A stretch of 64,000 nucleotides of DNA from Pelagomonas calceolata (GCA_918797485.1 CAKKNE010000006.1:1736001-1800000); one strand, 5' to 3'; counted from the first letter of the stretch, positions 25,701 through 37,711 are shown. The notes: generated by a model not told the origin, from the sequence alone. Numbers and translations: made by a program.

Positions 25701-27730
25701 TCCCAGCTGGACTACAAGCCTATGTTGCATCTATGCTAGGCCCCGCTTTTTCTGAGCCACTGCCTTTTAACATGCTGGACACATACACAGAAAGTTCGGC
25801 CTCGACTCCAATTTTTTTCGTGCTTTTCCCCGGTGTAGACCCTACACCCTGGGTGGAGTTGCTGGGGTCAAAGTTTGATGTCAACTTGCGGAAAGGGACA
25901 CTCAGAAACATTTCTATGGGCCAAGGACAAGAATCACCCGCGGAAGCAACGCTTGATGTGATGGCAAAGCAGGGAGGTTGGATCATGCTTCAGAACATAC
26001 AGCTGATGGAATCGTGGCTGCGCAGATTAGAACGCAAGCTCGAACTGGCCAGCGAAGCAGCTGCGATGAATTTTCGTTGTTTTCTTAGCGCAGAGCCTCC
26101 GCCGCTCCCACATCTCTGTAACATCCCTGAAAGTCTCTTACAGACTTGTATCAAAGTGGCAAATGAAGCACCAGCAGACTTCAAGTCAAATCTGCAACGT
26201 GCATGGGCCTGTTTTTGTCAAGAGCAGCTGGATGATTGCAATCATGCAACGGAATTCAAAAAATGTCTTTTTGGTCTATGCTTTTTTCATGCCCTGATAC
26301 TTGGCCGCCGTCGATTTGGTCAACAAGGCTGGAGTCGTGCATATGGATTCAACACAGGGGACTTGAAAATATGCGCAAATGTACTAACAAGCTATCTGGA
26401 TGCGGCACCCGAACACGCAGAGGGGGGAGGTGTCTTGGTTCCGTGGGACGATCTTCGTTACATATTTGGTGAAATTATGTATGGAGGACATATAACAGAT
26501 TTTTGGGATCGTAGAACAAATGTTTCATACCTGCAGTTTTTTTTTAACCAGAAACTCTTGGAGTCAGGAAAACATCTTGCCCCAGGATTTCCACTGCCAA
26601 ATGGCAACTTAGATCACCAAGAATACGCCACTTACATTGAAAAAGCGCTCCCCATAGAAACACCTGTCGTTTTTGGCCTTCATCCTAACGCGGAAATCGG
26701 ATACTTGACATCTACAGGCGAACAAATTTTGGGGACTGTGCTACGCTTGCGCAAAGGCGGAACTTCAATCCCGGATGGGAGTATTGCAGTTGGGGGTGTG
26801 CGTGAGATCCTGGATTCACTAGTAAAAAGACAACCAAAATGCTTTAATCTAATATTGACTCATGAAAAAGCCAAGCCACTTTTGACCAAATCGGTTGCCC
26901 CCTACGTTGTTGTTGCCACTCAAGAGGCCACGCGAATGAATCTTCTTGTTGAAGAAATTTCTCGTAGTCTTGGCGAGTTGCACAAAGGCTTAAATGGCCA
27001 ATTGAATATGTCCCAACAGATGGAAGACCTATCCACGGCATTGTCGCTTAATGAGGTCCCAGGCCGCAATCCATTTCACTTAGCATCTTGGGAAAAGTTT
27101 GCTTGGCCCAGCAGAAAAAATCTTCAGCATTGGTTTTGTGATTTAGAGCGGCGCATCGAGCAACTCGTGAATTGGGAAGAGAGACTTGAATTACCTCGGT
27201 CTTTGTGGATGAGTCTGTTCAACCCCATGGCATTTCTCACAGCTGTACAGCAGGTTGTGGCTCGAAAGCGAAGTCTGCCGCTTGATAATATGACTATTTC
27301 CACCGACGTCACGATATATCGTCGCCCGGAAGACCTCAACTCCTTGATAAACGAGCCATCAGATGGCGCTTTTATTCACGGACTATTCATGCAAGGCGCA
27401 CGATGGATGACAGTCGAGGAAGCAAGCGCAGCAAATCAAACTAGGCTAACTTCTGGTGTAAAATGTGCCGGTGTCATAGTCGACAGTCATGCCAAAGATC
27501 TCCTGCCTCCGATGCCCGTTTTGTATGTCAAAGCGGTCTCTGTTGAAGCAGAATGGGAACCCACGTCAATCGGTTATCTACGTCCAAACATGTACAATTG
27601 CCCATGTTATTATACTAGTTTCCGTGGTCCCACGTATGTATTTCTTGCCACTTTGGACACAGAAGAACCCGCCACTAAGTGGATCAATGCCGGTGTAGCT
27701 TTGTTGTTGAGCTCAGACGATCACCTCTAG
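13703..27730 (+). CDS. Axonemal outer-arm dynein heavy chain with N-terminal Kelch repeats, IPT/TIG and filamin-type Ig domains (alpha-HC/ODA11-like), about 25 exons
   Basis: Kelch repeats (ARSGHTL..FLFGG, ARWRHSA..IIFGG, PRGGHSA..FIFGG), IPT ([10 protein letters not shown]) and filamin ([15 protein letters not shown]). Motor motifs: P1 [81 protein letters not shown]. Confidence 0.95.
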
Positions 27731-28139
27731 AATTTTTGGTGAACTATCGCTCATCCATCTTCCTAGGTTCAAAGTTAGACATTACTATAGTCTTATTCTT
27801 TCAGGTGGTCTGGCGGCGTGGACGAAGACCGCGCGGCAAGATGCGCCGGACCCTAGGCTTCGATCTCAAGTCTGCTTGTTCACAGTATGCTCACCTACCA
27901 GCAATCATGACACCAAATGCTCTGCTCTCACCGTGACTAGCCGCTGCCTGAGGCCCCGGGCCCGGCTAGGGGTGGGGACCGGCAGTGCTGGTAGATTAAG
28001 GGTAGGTCACATCCCACGTCGGGTAGTTTAACATATCCCGTCCGACGGGATATGTTATACGGTTGGTAGCGCTTACTACCAACAAGCTAGGTTGCCATTA
28101 ACCGGTTAATAACCGGTAATTTACCCATTATTACTCCTC

Positions 28140-28460
28140 GGAGGGGATCTGGGGTAAATAACCCGCTCAATTACCCGACGGGTTTTCGACTAAACCCGTT
28201 TAGTGAGATTAGCGAAAGTCCCCTCCCGGACGAGCGGATGGGCGCAAGCAGCCCGTTGAGCTTTTGTATACGTACAGGTGCGCCAAGGCAAGTACCAAGT
28301 CATGTGGCCCGGCGCGGCCGCCCAGGCCCGCGCCAGTGGCCCTTGAGGCCCCCTCCCCTACCCCTCTATAAGATCCTGAGGTAAATAACCCGTATTAACC
28401 GGTAATTACCCGGGTCACGGTAATTACCCCCGGACGGCGCCTGGGGTAATAACCCCTCAG
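28140..28460. repeat. Dispersed repeat family D (inverted copy split across ~33913-34150 and ~34430-34455)
   Basis: cccctcccctacccctctataagatcctgaggtaaataacccgta(t/c)taaccggtaattacccggg and gagcggatgggcgcaag occur at 28230-28415, and as reverse complement at 33950-34100. Confidence 0.85.
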
Positions 28461-28476
28461 TTAAATGCCAACCTAG

Positions 28477-28810
28477 GTTTCCTGCCGCATCAGGCGACCT
28501 ATCTGGCAGCCCATCGGGTACCCGGCCGCGCCTACGTATCCGCCCCACGCCATAGGTTCCCAAGCCCCCCTGGGAGACCAAATTACCAGCATAGAAGCGA
28601 GTTTTGATTTTTCAGTCCAGAGGTCCCCGAAATACCCGCACGTTAGGCCCCAGATGGGCAACTTCGCGACCGCGTCTCGCCGCGAAAGTGACCCCTTCCC
28701 CCCAGCCCGGTCAGGGGGCGTACAAAGGGACTCTTTGGGACCCCTTAGCCAAAATCGCGCTTGGACAAGTGGCTGGGAACTCGAATCTCAAATTTGGGGT
28801 CCGCCCCCGT
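28477..28810. repeat. Dispersed repeat family C (high-identity inverted copy at 37378-37711)
   Basis: About 335 bp near-identical in opposite orientation. The ORF track gives paired spurious peptides MPIWGLTCGYF.. at 28473-28661(-) and 37527-37919(+). Confidence 0.92.
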
Positions 28811-29364
28811 ATGACTCGGAGGGGTCCACATTTTGCTTCTAAAGGACACGAGACGCGGGGTATGGGGTTCAAGATGCCACCGTCGGGGTTCGTGTCTTAG
28901 GGAGGGTGGTGGGGGGGGGGTGCTGCACCCCAATGCAGCCGCCGCGGAGGCGGCACCGCGGGTATACAAGCTCGCATTTCGCGTCGGCTCCGCGGCTCTA
29001 GGGGCGGCCTAGCACCATGCAAAGCAAATAAATAAATTAGAAATCGAGGACGGAGAGGTAGAGCTCCACATCACGCAGCTTAGCACCCTTCTACCCTCTA
29101 GTGTTACAGAATTTATTATTGCTTCGACGCTCCGCGCGGCCGGAAACAAGCACGAAATGGACGGACAGGGCCATCGCGTGTGATAATATCGTCAGAGCTC
29201 GTCGAGCGAGCGAAACTGCGCGCCGCGCGACGGAAAGACGAGCTCCGCGCCGCCGGCCAGGAGCATCAGCGCGACGGCCGCCGCGAGGCTACCCCTGAGC
29301 GCGCGCCGCGCCGCGCAGGAGACGGCGCGCGGCCGGCCCGCTGCCTCGAAGAGCCACGCGGCGT

Positions 29365-29394
29365 CGGGTTCGGGTTCGGGTTCGGGTTCGGGTT
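29365..29394. repeat. (CGGGTT)5 microsatellite
   Basis: Five exact tandem CGGGTT units about 230 bp upstream of RPB2. Confidence 0.9.
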
Positions 29395-29619
29395 TTACAC
29401 GGCGCGCGACCCCCTAGTCGCTCCCGCTCCTCCGGGACCCATCCGTCGGGCTAGGACAGAGTAAGGTGGTCGCACGGACCTCCCGTCCAGAGCTCGCGGG
29501 TTTCTACGTCGACAGCTGGCCATTGTGGTCTGCCGTCGTCAGTATTCTTGCTTTTAAACCTTTAGCAGCGCAACGAAGCTGGAAATATAGTAACGTAGGT
29601 AGGCTGGAATCTGCTAAAG

Positions 29620-32600
29620 ATGGACATCACGCAAGAGGTATTCTATATAAATTTTGAGCGTATATTAGCGACGATATTCTACGTGCTAGGACGCTTGGAC
29701 TGTGATCAGTGCATATTTCGCGGAGAAGGGCCTTGTGCGTCAACAACTAGATTCGTTCGATGAGTTCATACAAAACACGATGCAAGAATTGGTGGATGAT
29801 AGTGGTGAATTGCACGTGGAACCAGAGGCACAATACCTGCCTGGCCAGAAGTCATTGCATCGAAATAAGTTTACGGTGGTATTCAATCAAGTTTACGTCT
29901 CAAAACCAACAGCAACTGAACGGGATGGGACTACAAGTAACATGTTCCCTCACGAAGCACGACTGCGCAATATGACATACTCGTCACCCATATATGTTGA
30001 TATTAGCTGTATTGAACCAGAATCGACAGCTACACTGCACCAAGGCTGCCAGGCAGAACTTTACATAGAAAATGACTGGTATCCTTGCGTAGTTGATGAA
30101 CTCAAGTCTGGGCGTGCAAACGTTACCTATGAAACTGCCGGGCCACTCCAAGACAGCGATAAAGTGGTAATTGTCAAAGAAAGCGACGTAGAAGTTTCTA
30201 GCCGCATACGGTTACCGAGTGGCCTAGCTAAGGCACATAGAACAGATTCTCCAAAGGAGTTTTTGGGCTATGTTCCAATCATGTTGCGTAGTCGTTTCTG
30301 TGTTCTTGCTGATAAATCCGACAGGGAACTCTGTGAGCTTGGCGAATGTGTTTATGATCAAGGGGGCTATTTTATCATCAATGGCTCAGAAAAGGTTGTG
30401 GTAGCACAAGAGCGCATGTCTAACAATCACGTGTACTGCTTTAGAAAGAAGCAGCCTCACAAGTAAGCCGCACTACTACTTTACTTTGCTATTTATCTAA
30501 TATCACCCTTTATAGATACTCATGGGTGGTTGAATGCCGTTCCCATGTTGAACATGGTGCTCGACCAACTAGCACCGTATATATGCAGATGTATAACAAG
30601 GCAGGTCGTGGTCAGTCTCAAGGCAATCAAATCAGGATGACATTGCCATATGTTCGCGTAGACATTCCTGTGATCATTGTCTTTCGCGCACTAGGTTTTG
30701 TTGCAGACCGGGATATCCTCGAGCACGTTGTTTACGATTTTTCAGATACAGACATGATGGAACGGCTACGGCCATCTCTGGACGAAGCGTTTGTGGTTCA
30801 GAATCAAACGATTGCCCTTGACTTCATTGGGCGCAGAGGAAGTGCCACGAACATTGGACGCTCTAAGCGTGTACAGTATGCAAAAGAATTACTACAAAAG
30901 GAAGTTTTGCCACATGTTGGTACAGAAGAGCAATCGGACACGAAGAAGGCTTTTTTTGTTGGCTACATAGTACACAAGTTGCTCATGTGTTCACTCGAGC
31001 GCATTGATGAAGATGATCGTGATCATTACGGCAAGAAGCGGCTGGACCTAGCTGGGCCATTATTGGGTGGCTTATTCCGAATGTTGTTTCGTAAACTTAC
31101 CAAGGATGTTCTCGCTTACCTACAAAAATGCATTGACGAAGCTCGAGATTTCAATCTAGCGTGCGTTAATTATTCTATATAGTAAATGATTTTATTGATG
31201 TTAAAACTCCACAGCTCCGCAATTAAATCTCGACTGATTACCGACGGACTGCGATATTCTTTGGCCACGGGAAATTGGGGCGACAGAAAGGATGCGTCAC
31301 GTGCTGGAGTTTCGCAAGTGTTGAATCGATTGACCTATGCATCAACTCTCTCTCACCTTCGGCGATTAAATACCCCTCTGGGACGAGAGGGTAAACAGGC
31401 GAAGCCAAGGCAGCTACATAACACACATTGGGGGTTTATCTGCCCAGCTGAGACTCCAGAAGGACAGGCAGTTGGTCTCGTAAAGAATTTGGCATTGATG
31501 GCATATGTATCAGTAGGTAGCCCTCAAAGTCCTATCCTTGAATTTCTTGAGGAATGGTCGATGGAGAATCTGGAAGAAATTTCACCACAGACAATAGCAG
31601 ATCCGGGGACGACAAAAATATTTGTTAACGGTAGCTGGATTGGTGTGCATCGTGACCCATGTACGCTTGAGGCTACCTTGAGGTCTCTTCGTCGACAAAT
31701 TGATATAGATCCCGAAGTTTCTGTAGTACGTGACATCAAGGAAAAGGAACTTAGGGTGTATACGGATGCAGGACGGGTCTGTCGACCACTTTTGATTGTT
31801 GAATCAGATCATGCATCTACGTGGAAAGATCCACTGAATCATAGTTCATCTAGTCCTGCACAAAAGCTCAAACTACGCAAGCCCCACATTCATAAGTTAG
31901 TCAATGGTGAGTTGGGATGGACGCAGCTCCTGGTTAAAGGTCTGGTGGAGCTGGTTGACACGGAGGAGGAGGAGGCAACCATGATTGCAATGATTCCATC
32001 TGACCTGAACGAACCATATTCCTCAACATATACACATTGCGAGATCCATCCTTCAATGATACTTGGCATTTGTGGGTCTATTATTCCATTCCCTGATCAT
32101 AATCAATCACCTCGCAATACATATCAGTCGGCAATGGGCAAGCAGGCCATGGGAATTTATGCATCGAACTTTCAGCAGCGCATGGATACCTTAGCTCACG
32201 TGTTACATTACCCACAGAAGCCATTAGCAACGACACGAGCAATGGAACATCTCCATTTTCGTGAACTTCCTAGTGGTGTTAACGCGATTGTGGCTATCAT
32301 GTGCTACACGGGATATAATCAGGCCCCCTCCAGCGCCCTTTCTTCTTTAAAATCAGGTCCACTGACTTTATTGTTGATATGCAGGAAGACTCCCTGATCA
32401 TGAATCAAGCAGCGATTGACCGTGGCCTCTTTCGTTCCTCTTTTTATCGGACTTATGTGGATCAAGAACGCAGTCACGTGACTGGCGACGCTGCTGGACT
32501 TTACTGTGAAACTTTTGAGCGGCCTGGTCAAGACCACTGCGTCGCCATGCGGCATGGATCATACGAAAAAGTTGACTGTGATGGCCTTGTCTCTCCGGGG

Positions 32601-33636
32601 GTGCGTGTATCCGGTGCTGACATCCTGATTGGGAAAACAGTTCCTGTACTAAATGGAGGTGAAACAAGTGGCTTAGTAAAACGCGACTCCTCGACTGCAA
32701 TGCGTCCTAATGAGTCTGGCCTAGTTGATCAGGTAATCTAAGTTGCAATTGCTATCATATGAATGCCACCTCCTGGTAGGTCATGTTATCGACAAACCAA
32801 GATGGCATGAAGTTTACCAAGGTAAGAACACGCTCTGTCAGGATCCCGCAAATAGGAGACAAATTTGCCTCACGGCACGGGCAAAAAGGAACCATTGGCA
32901 TGACCTATGCTCAAGAAGATATGCCATGGACGCGTAATGGTATATCACCCGACATTATCGTCAATCCACATGCGATTCCTTCACGCATGACGATCGGCCA
33001 TTTGGTAGAATGTTTACAGTCTAAAGTAGGTGCTCTTACAGGTAAAGAGGGAGATGCCACTCCATTTACGGATGTTTCTGTTGATCACATCGCTGCTGTT
33101 TTGCACGAACTTGGCTACCATCGTCATGGAAATGAAGTCATGTACTCTGGGCATACAGGACGAGCAATTCATGCCAAAGTTTTTCTAGGCCCAACCTTTT
33201 ACCAACGGCTCAAACACCTCGTTGACGACAAAATCCATGCTCGCTCACGTGGTCCTGTTACAATGCTCACACGCCAGCCCATGGAAGGCCGCGCACGAGA
33301 TGGTGGTCTTCGAATGGGTGAAATGGAACGAGATTGCCTCGTCTCTCACGGCGTTTCTAGTTTTTTGCGTGATCGAATGTTTGCAAATTCTGACCCCTAT
33401 GCCATTCACATTTGCACTTGTTGCGGTCTAGTCGCCCATGCTGATTTGCGGAAGCATATTTACTGGTGTAACAACAAAAATTGCCAGCGTGCCGCCAACT
33501 CAAGCGTCGTGCGTGTGCACATTCCATATGCTTGCAAGCTTCTCTTCCAGGTATGGTGCATTTCTTTTCTCAATAACTCACCTGATATTGGTAGGAATTA
33601 ATGGCGATGTGCATTGCACCACGAATCTGCATCTGA
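29620..33636 (+). CDS. RPB2: RNA polymerase II second-largest subunit, 7 exons
   Basis: [115 protein letters not shown]. Confidence 0.97.
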
Positions 33637-33912
33637 GGATACTAATCAAGCCCGGCTATATTAATCATACCCTTGTTAATCCTGCCTGGGAATCATATCA
33701 AAGGAAGATAGGATCAAAATCAGAGGCTCTAGGCCAGCAAATAGATTGCGGGTGTGCACGGGACTAGCCATTTATGTCCGCAGCGTGACTACTAGTCCCA
33801 CTTTGACGACCACGAGAACGGGGATGGTGTTGGCGGCCCCCGGGCCCAAACACCTGACTAGCCAAAGTTCTTTCTTTGTGCGGGGCGCGCCCGGGCTGCT
33901 AGGTTCCCACTT

Positions 33913-34150
33913 ACCTGAGGGGTTATTCACCCCTGGCGCCGCCTGAAATAACCCGGGTAATTACCGGTTAGTACGGGTTATTTACCTCAGGATCTTATAG
34001 AGGGGTAGGGGAGGGGCCCAATGGGCCATTGGCGCGGGCTTGGCGCACCTGCACGTATCCAAAGGCACAATGGGGGCTACTTGCGCCCATCCGCTCGCCC
34101 GGAGGGGTCATTTTCGCTAATCACACTCAGGCTAAACGGGCCCGGGTTTT
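33913..34150. repeat. Repeat family D, inverted copy
   Basis: Reverse complement of ~28195-28460 with short insertions (CTCAGG at 34126, CCCGGG at 34141). Confidence 0.85.
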
Positions 34151-34480
34151 GCTTTGCCAGCCCGGGCCTGAGTGCATCGCCCTAACTTGAACCAAACGAA
34201 AGCGTGTCGTGCGTCGTTGCTGTGGGCGAAACGCCGACGAGGAGGCGCTGTTTGGAGCAACCTGACGAGCACATAGGCTGTGGAGTCTAAGACAAAGCTA
34301 AAGATAAATCACTGGCGATTGAGCCCCGACTCGGACTCGGAGCCTCCAGAGCTCGCGGGTTTCCACGTCGATAGCCTAGGGCCTGAGTGAAAACCGTTTA
34401 GTGATTAAGTACCGTGACCGGGTTATGACCGGCGGGTTATTCACCCCAGATCCCCCCGGCCCCGGCGGGCCGGGCCTCAT

Positions 34481-34773
34481 GAAGCCTATCACTTGTCACA
34501 TGGACTTTGCCTGTGAATAAACTGAGTTGATACATCCTCTAGTGGAAGCGCATCTAGTGGACGCTCGCGCCCAGGGGGAGTAGAGAGAGAAACCTACTAG
34601 CCCTTCCTACCCTAGATATGTATCTCCCACTCTCTAATATTTGAGTCTATACATCGAGTGTCAAAAGCACTACGGTGTAACAACAGTTCACTATAAAACA
34701 CTCTCGCAGTCAGGCCTATCAGCTCTAAGCTGGTTAGCTAGGACCCTGCTACTTACATAACGCTGCGACATAC
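34481..34773. repeat. Repeat family A, copy 2
   Basis: Colinear with 3677-3997. Confidence 0.9.
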
Positions 34774-34857
34774 TCTTGCTACGTAGGTACCAGCAAGTAC
34801 CAGGTAAGCACAAGCCCTACCCGTAAATAGCTAGTCCGCTCGCAGGACCCAGTTGAC

Positions 34858-37165
34858 ATGACATGGGTGTCACGGTCTCTTCGCCGACTTCTTATATCTT
34901 CCTCTGTGTACCGTGCGAGCACGTCTTGTCCGAACCAGTGTAGCGGCCACGGCGAATGCACAGCCGAGAACGTGTGTTTGTGCGATACTGGTTGGGCATA
35001 CTATGCTGACTGTTCTGGTCGTGCGGCGACGGCGCCCTTATGGGGTACACTTATTATTTAGTGAAGAGTACTCACAGGTCTTTGTCCAATTGCTACTGCG
35101 TGGGTCGACAAGGCTAGCGCTCCCGGCAGGGCGCATGGTGACATGGAATGTGGAAACATAGGCGTATGTAATCGGAACGACGCATTTACCTGCGCACAGA
35201 TTAGTTATGTTGATTGCTTGCGTGATTTTGGTTTTTAGGGGAGTTGCTCATGCCCACCTGGTTTTACGGGTGAAGCTTGCCAGCGCTGTCCATCCCCAGT
35301 GTTACTAATTTATCTAGATGTTAGATGCCAATACCGTAGTTGAATGTCCTCAAGAGTGCAGCAACTATGGCAACTGCATCACTATGCACCATGCTGCACT
35401 AGACTACGGCCCTGGGCAGGGCATGACCCAGCTTGATGATGTGAATGACATAAAGGGCCCTTTATACACCAATTGGGAAGCAGAATCTCTTATGATGTGC
35501 GCTTGCGATTGGGGGGTATTTGGGCCTGAGTGTGAGGCACGCATGTGCCCCAAAGGTTTCGATCCTCTTCTGAGAAGTACTACGACTTACTATCGCGAGA
35601 TTAACGTGACAACAAATTCAACAGCAGTAGGATCAAGCATCAATGGAACGTTCGTGATGAGTTTCAATGGGTTTGACTTTGAGTTCAACGCCAATGCAAC
35701 ACTCTTTGGCGAGGCAGAATGTGAAGCAGCCTGGGAATCGCTAGACAATGTTGAGCAAGTAGTTTGCTTTCGTGGTGCCATAAATCAAGCAGGGGGTGCT
35801 ACTTACAACATTAAATTTCTAGCTTGGCCTGCAGTCCCAATGCAGAACAATATCTTTAGCCACGAGGGCAATCCACCGCTCACAGCTTTTACGTGTGACG
35901 CATCTGATGCCAGAGTCTGGCCACGTGGCGGCGGCAACGTCGCTGCATGTCATGTTGAGGATGTTGCGAATACTGATATTCGCGAGTACAAGTTCTGCAG
36001 CGGCCGCGGTACCTGCGACTTTTCTACTGGATCATGTAGCTGCTATGCTAATTTTGAGGGTGTTGCTTGCGGCAGCAGTATTGCCACTATTTCAGAGGAG
36101 GGCGTTGATGTGTTGCTACTGTATGCAACTGAGAATTCATTTCAAAATACTCTGCTGAAGTTAGACGCTACTGCTAATCCCTCAGACTCGTTTAATTTTC
36201 TTGAGATTGTTTCTGGTAGTAGTGAGGTGACCATGTTTACAATCGAAGGGGACGGGGATATCACGGTTGCTAAGGGCGATGTGAAGATTCTCACGGGCGA
36301 ACTATCGTTATACTCCGGTCTTCGGATCATTGATGGAGGCGCAAGTATCACAACAGGGGGTCTTCGCGTCCTCTCCGGAGGTACTACGATCAATGAAGGT
36401 GGCCTAAAAGTTATTGGCAATACGCTTTTGTGGGGCAATGTTTTAGCTCACAACGGATCATACATTTTCTCCTCGAATGCAAGCGGACACAACGATGGAA
36501 GTATTATGGAGGTTCGTGCAACACAGGACGCATTTGCTGGTGCTGTTCTTGAAATTGGCGCAGACCGCAATAGGTCAGACTCTTTCGACTTATTTCGCGT
36601 AACAGTAGACAACGGACCATCTTCTCGTGAAGTTTTTGCTATCACAGGTCAGGGTCGCACCACAATCAAGCATGGCGGTCTCACCGTGACGGGAGCTGCT
36701 GTTGTCAAGTCTGGCGGTCTACTAATTGAAGCCGGTGGCATAACTATCACATCTGGTGGTCTGACTATCTCCAGTGTTGGTATTACATCTGCCGGCTCCA
36801 TCACTGTGACCACTGGGTCCATCACGGCTCCATCGATAATCAGTACCGGCGGAGTATCTGCTAGCAGTTACACAACCACTTCAGACGGACGTTACAAGAC
36901 AAATGTCACTTCCCTGCGGAATCGTGCTGCTCGCTTGCTGGAATTAAATGGCGTGAGCTTCCAATGGCGAGGCGATTCTGGGTTCGACAAAGAGACTCAT
37001 TTTGGATTCATTGCCCAGGAGGTGGAGCTTGTTTTCCCAGAAATTGTCAGAGAAAGCAGTTTTGGCATCCGTTCTTTGCAGCTCGAAGCGATTGCGCCCC
37101 TTCTCGTTGAAGCCTTTCGCGCCTTGCACCGCCGCTTGACCATTCTTGAACGTAGACTTCGTTGA
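34858..37165 (+). CDS. Secreted EGF/tenascin-like (mastigoneme SIG/Ocm-type) protein with Gly-rich beta-repeat region and C-terminal peptidase S74 (intramolecular chaperone) domain, 4 exons
   Basis: CPNQCSGHGEC..DCSG|LCPIATAWVD..ECGNIGVCNRND|GSCSCPPGFTGEACQR|..CPQECSNYGNC..CPKGFDPL..CSGRGTCD; then (GGLxIxxG)n repeats; then SDGRYKTNV..LNGVSFQW..GFIAQEVELVFPEIV..IAPLLVEAFRAL and a coiled-coil end. Confidence 0.85.
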
Positions 37166-37377
37166 TCTGAGCACGCTTTTGGACGTCTTTCAGAAGGGGA
37201 AAGTAGGCGCGGGGATGTGGTGCTCTGAGTCAGGGCCGGCGGCTGTGGGGATCCGGAGGGTCATGTGATGAGCCCCCTACAGTAAATTCAGTGCCAGAAT
37301 CTCCAGCAGGTAAATTTTCCAAGTGGGTCCGCGCAAACCCGGGATTAGGGGAGCCTGTGATGCATAGGGAAATAGAG

Positions 37378-37711
37378 ACGGGGGCGGACCCCAAATTTGA
37401 GATTCGAGTTCCCAGCCACTTGTCCAAGCGCGATTTTGGCTAAGGGGTCCCAAAGGGTCCCTTTGTACGCCCCGAGACCGGACTGGGGGGGAGGGGTCAC
37501 TTTCGAGGCGAGACGCGGTCGCGAAGTTGCCCATCTGGGGCCTAACGTGCGGGTATTTCAGGGACCTCTGGACTGAAAAATCAAAACTCGCTTCTATGCT
37601 GGTAATTTGGTCTCCCAGGGGCCCTCGGGTACCTATGGCGTGGGGCGGATGCGTAGGCGCGGCCGGGTACCCGATGGGCTGCCAGATAGGTCGCCTGACG
37701 CGGCACGAAAC
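37378..37711. repeat. Repeat family C, inverted copy
   Basis: Reverse complement of 28477-28810. Confidence 0.92.

Noticed and set aside
13529..27730. Fragmented ORFs suggesting a frameshifted dynein pseudogene or several genes
   Set aside because: The breaks examined are explained by short GT/GC-AG introns and microexons that restore conserved motifs.
28366..28969. ORFs in repeat family C/D (also 37277-37919) as possible transposase
   Set aside because: No DDE or other recognisable motif, and reading frames are not preserved between copies.
29365..29394. (CGGGTT)5 as an interstitial telomere
   Set aside because: Only five units and not the TTAGGG-type repeat; treated as a microsatellite.
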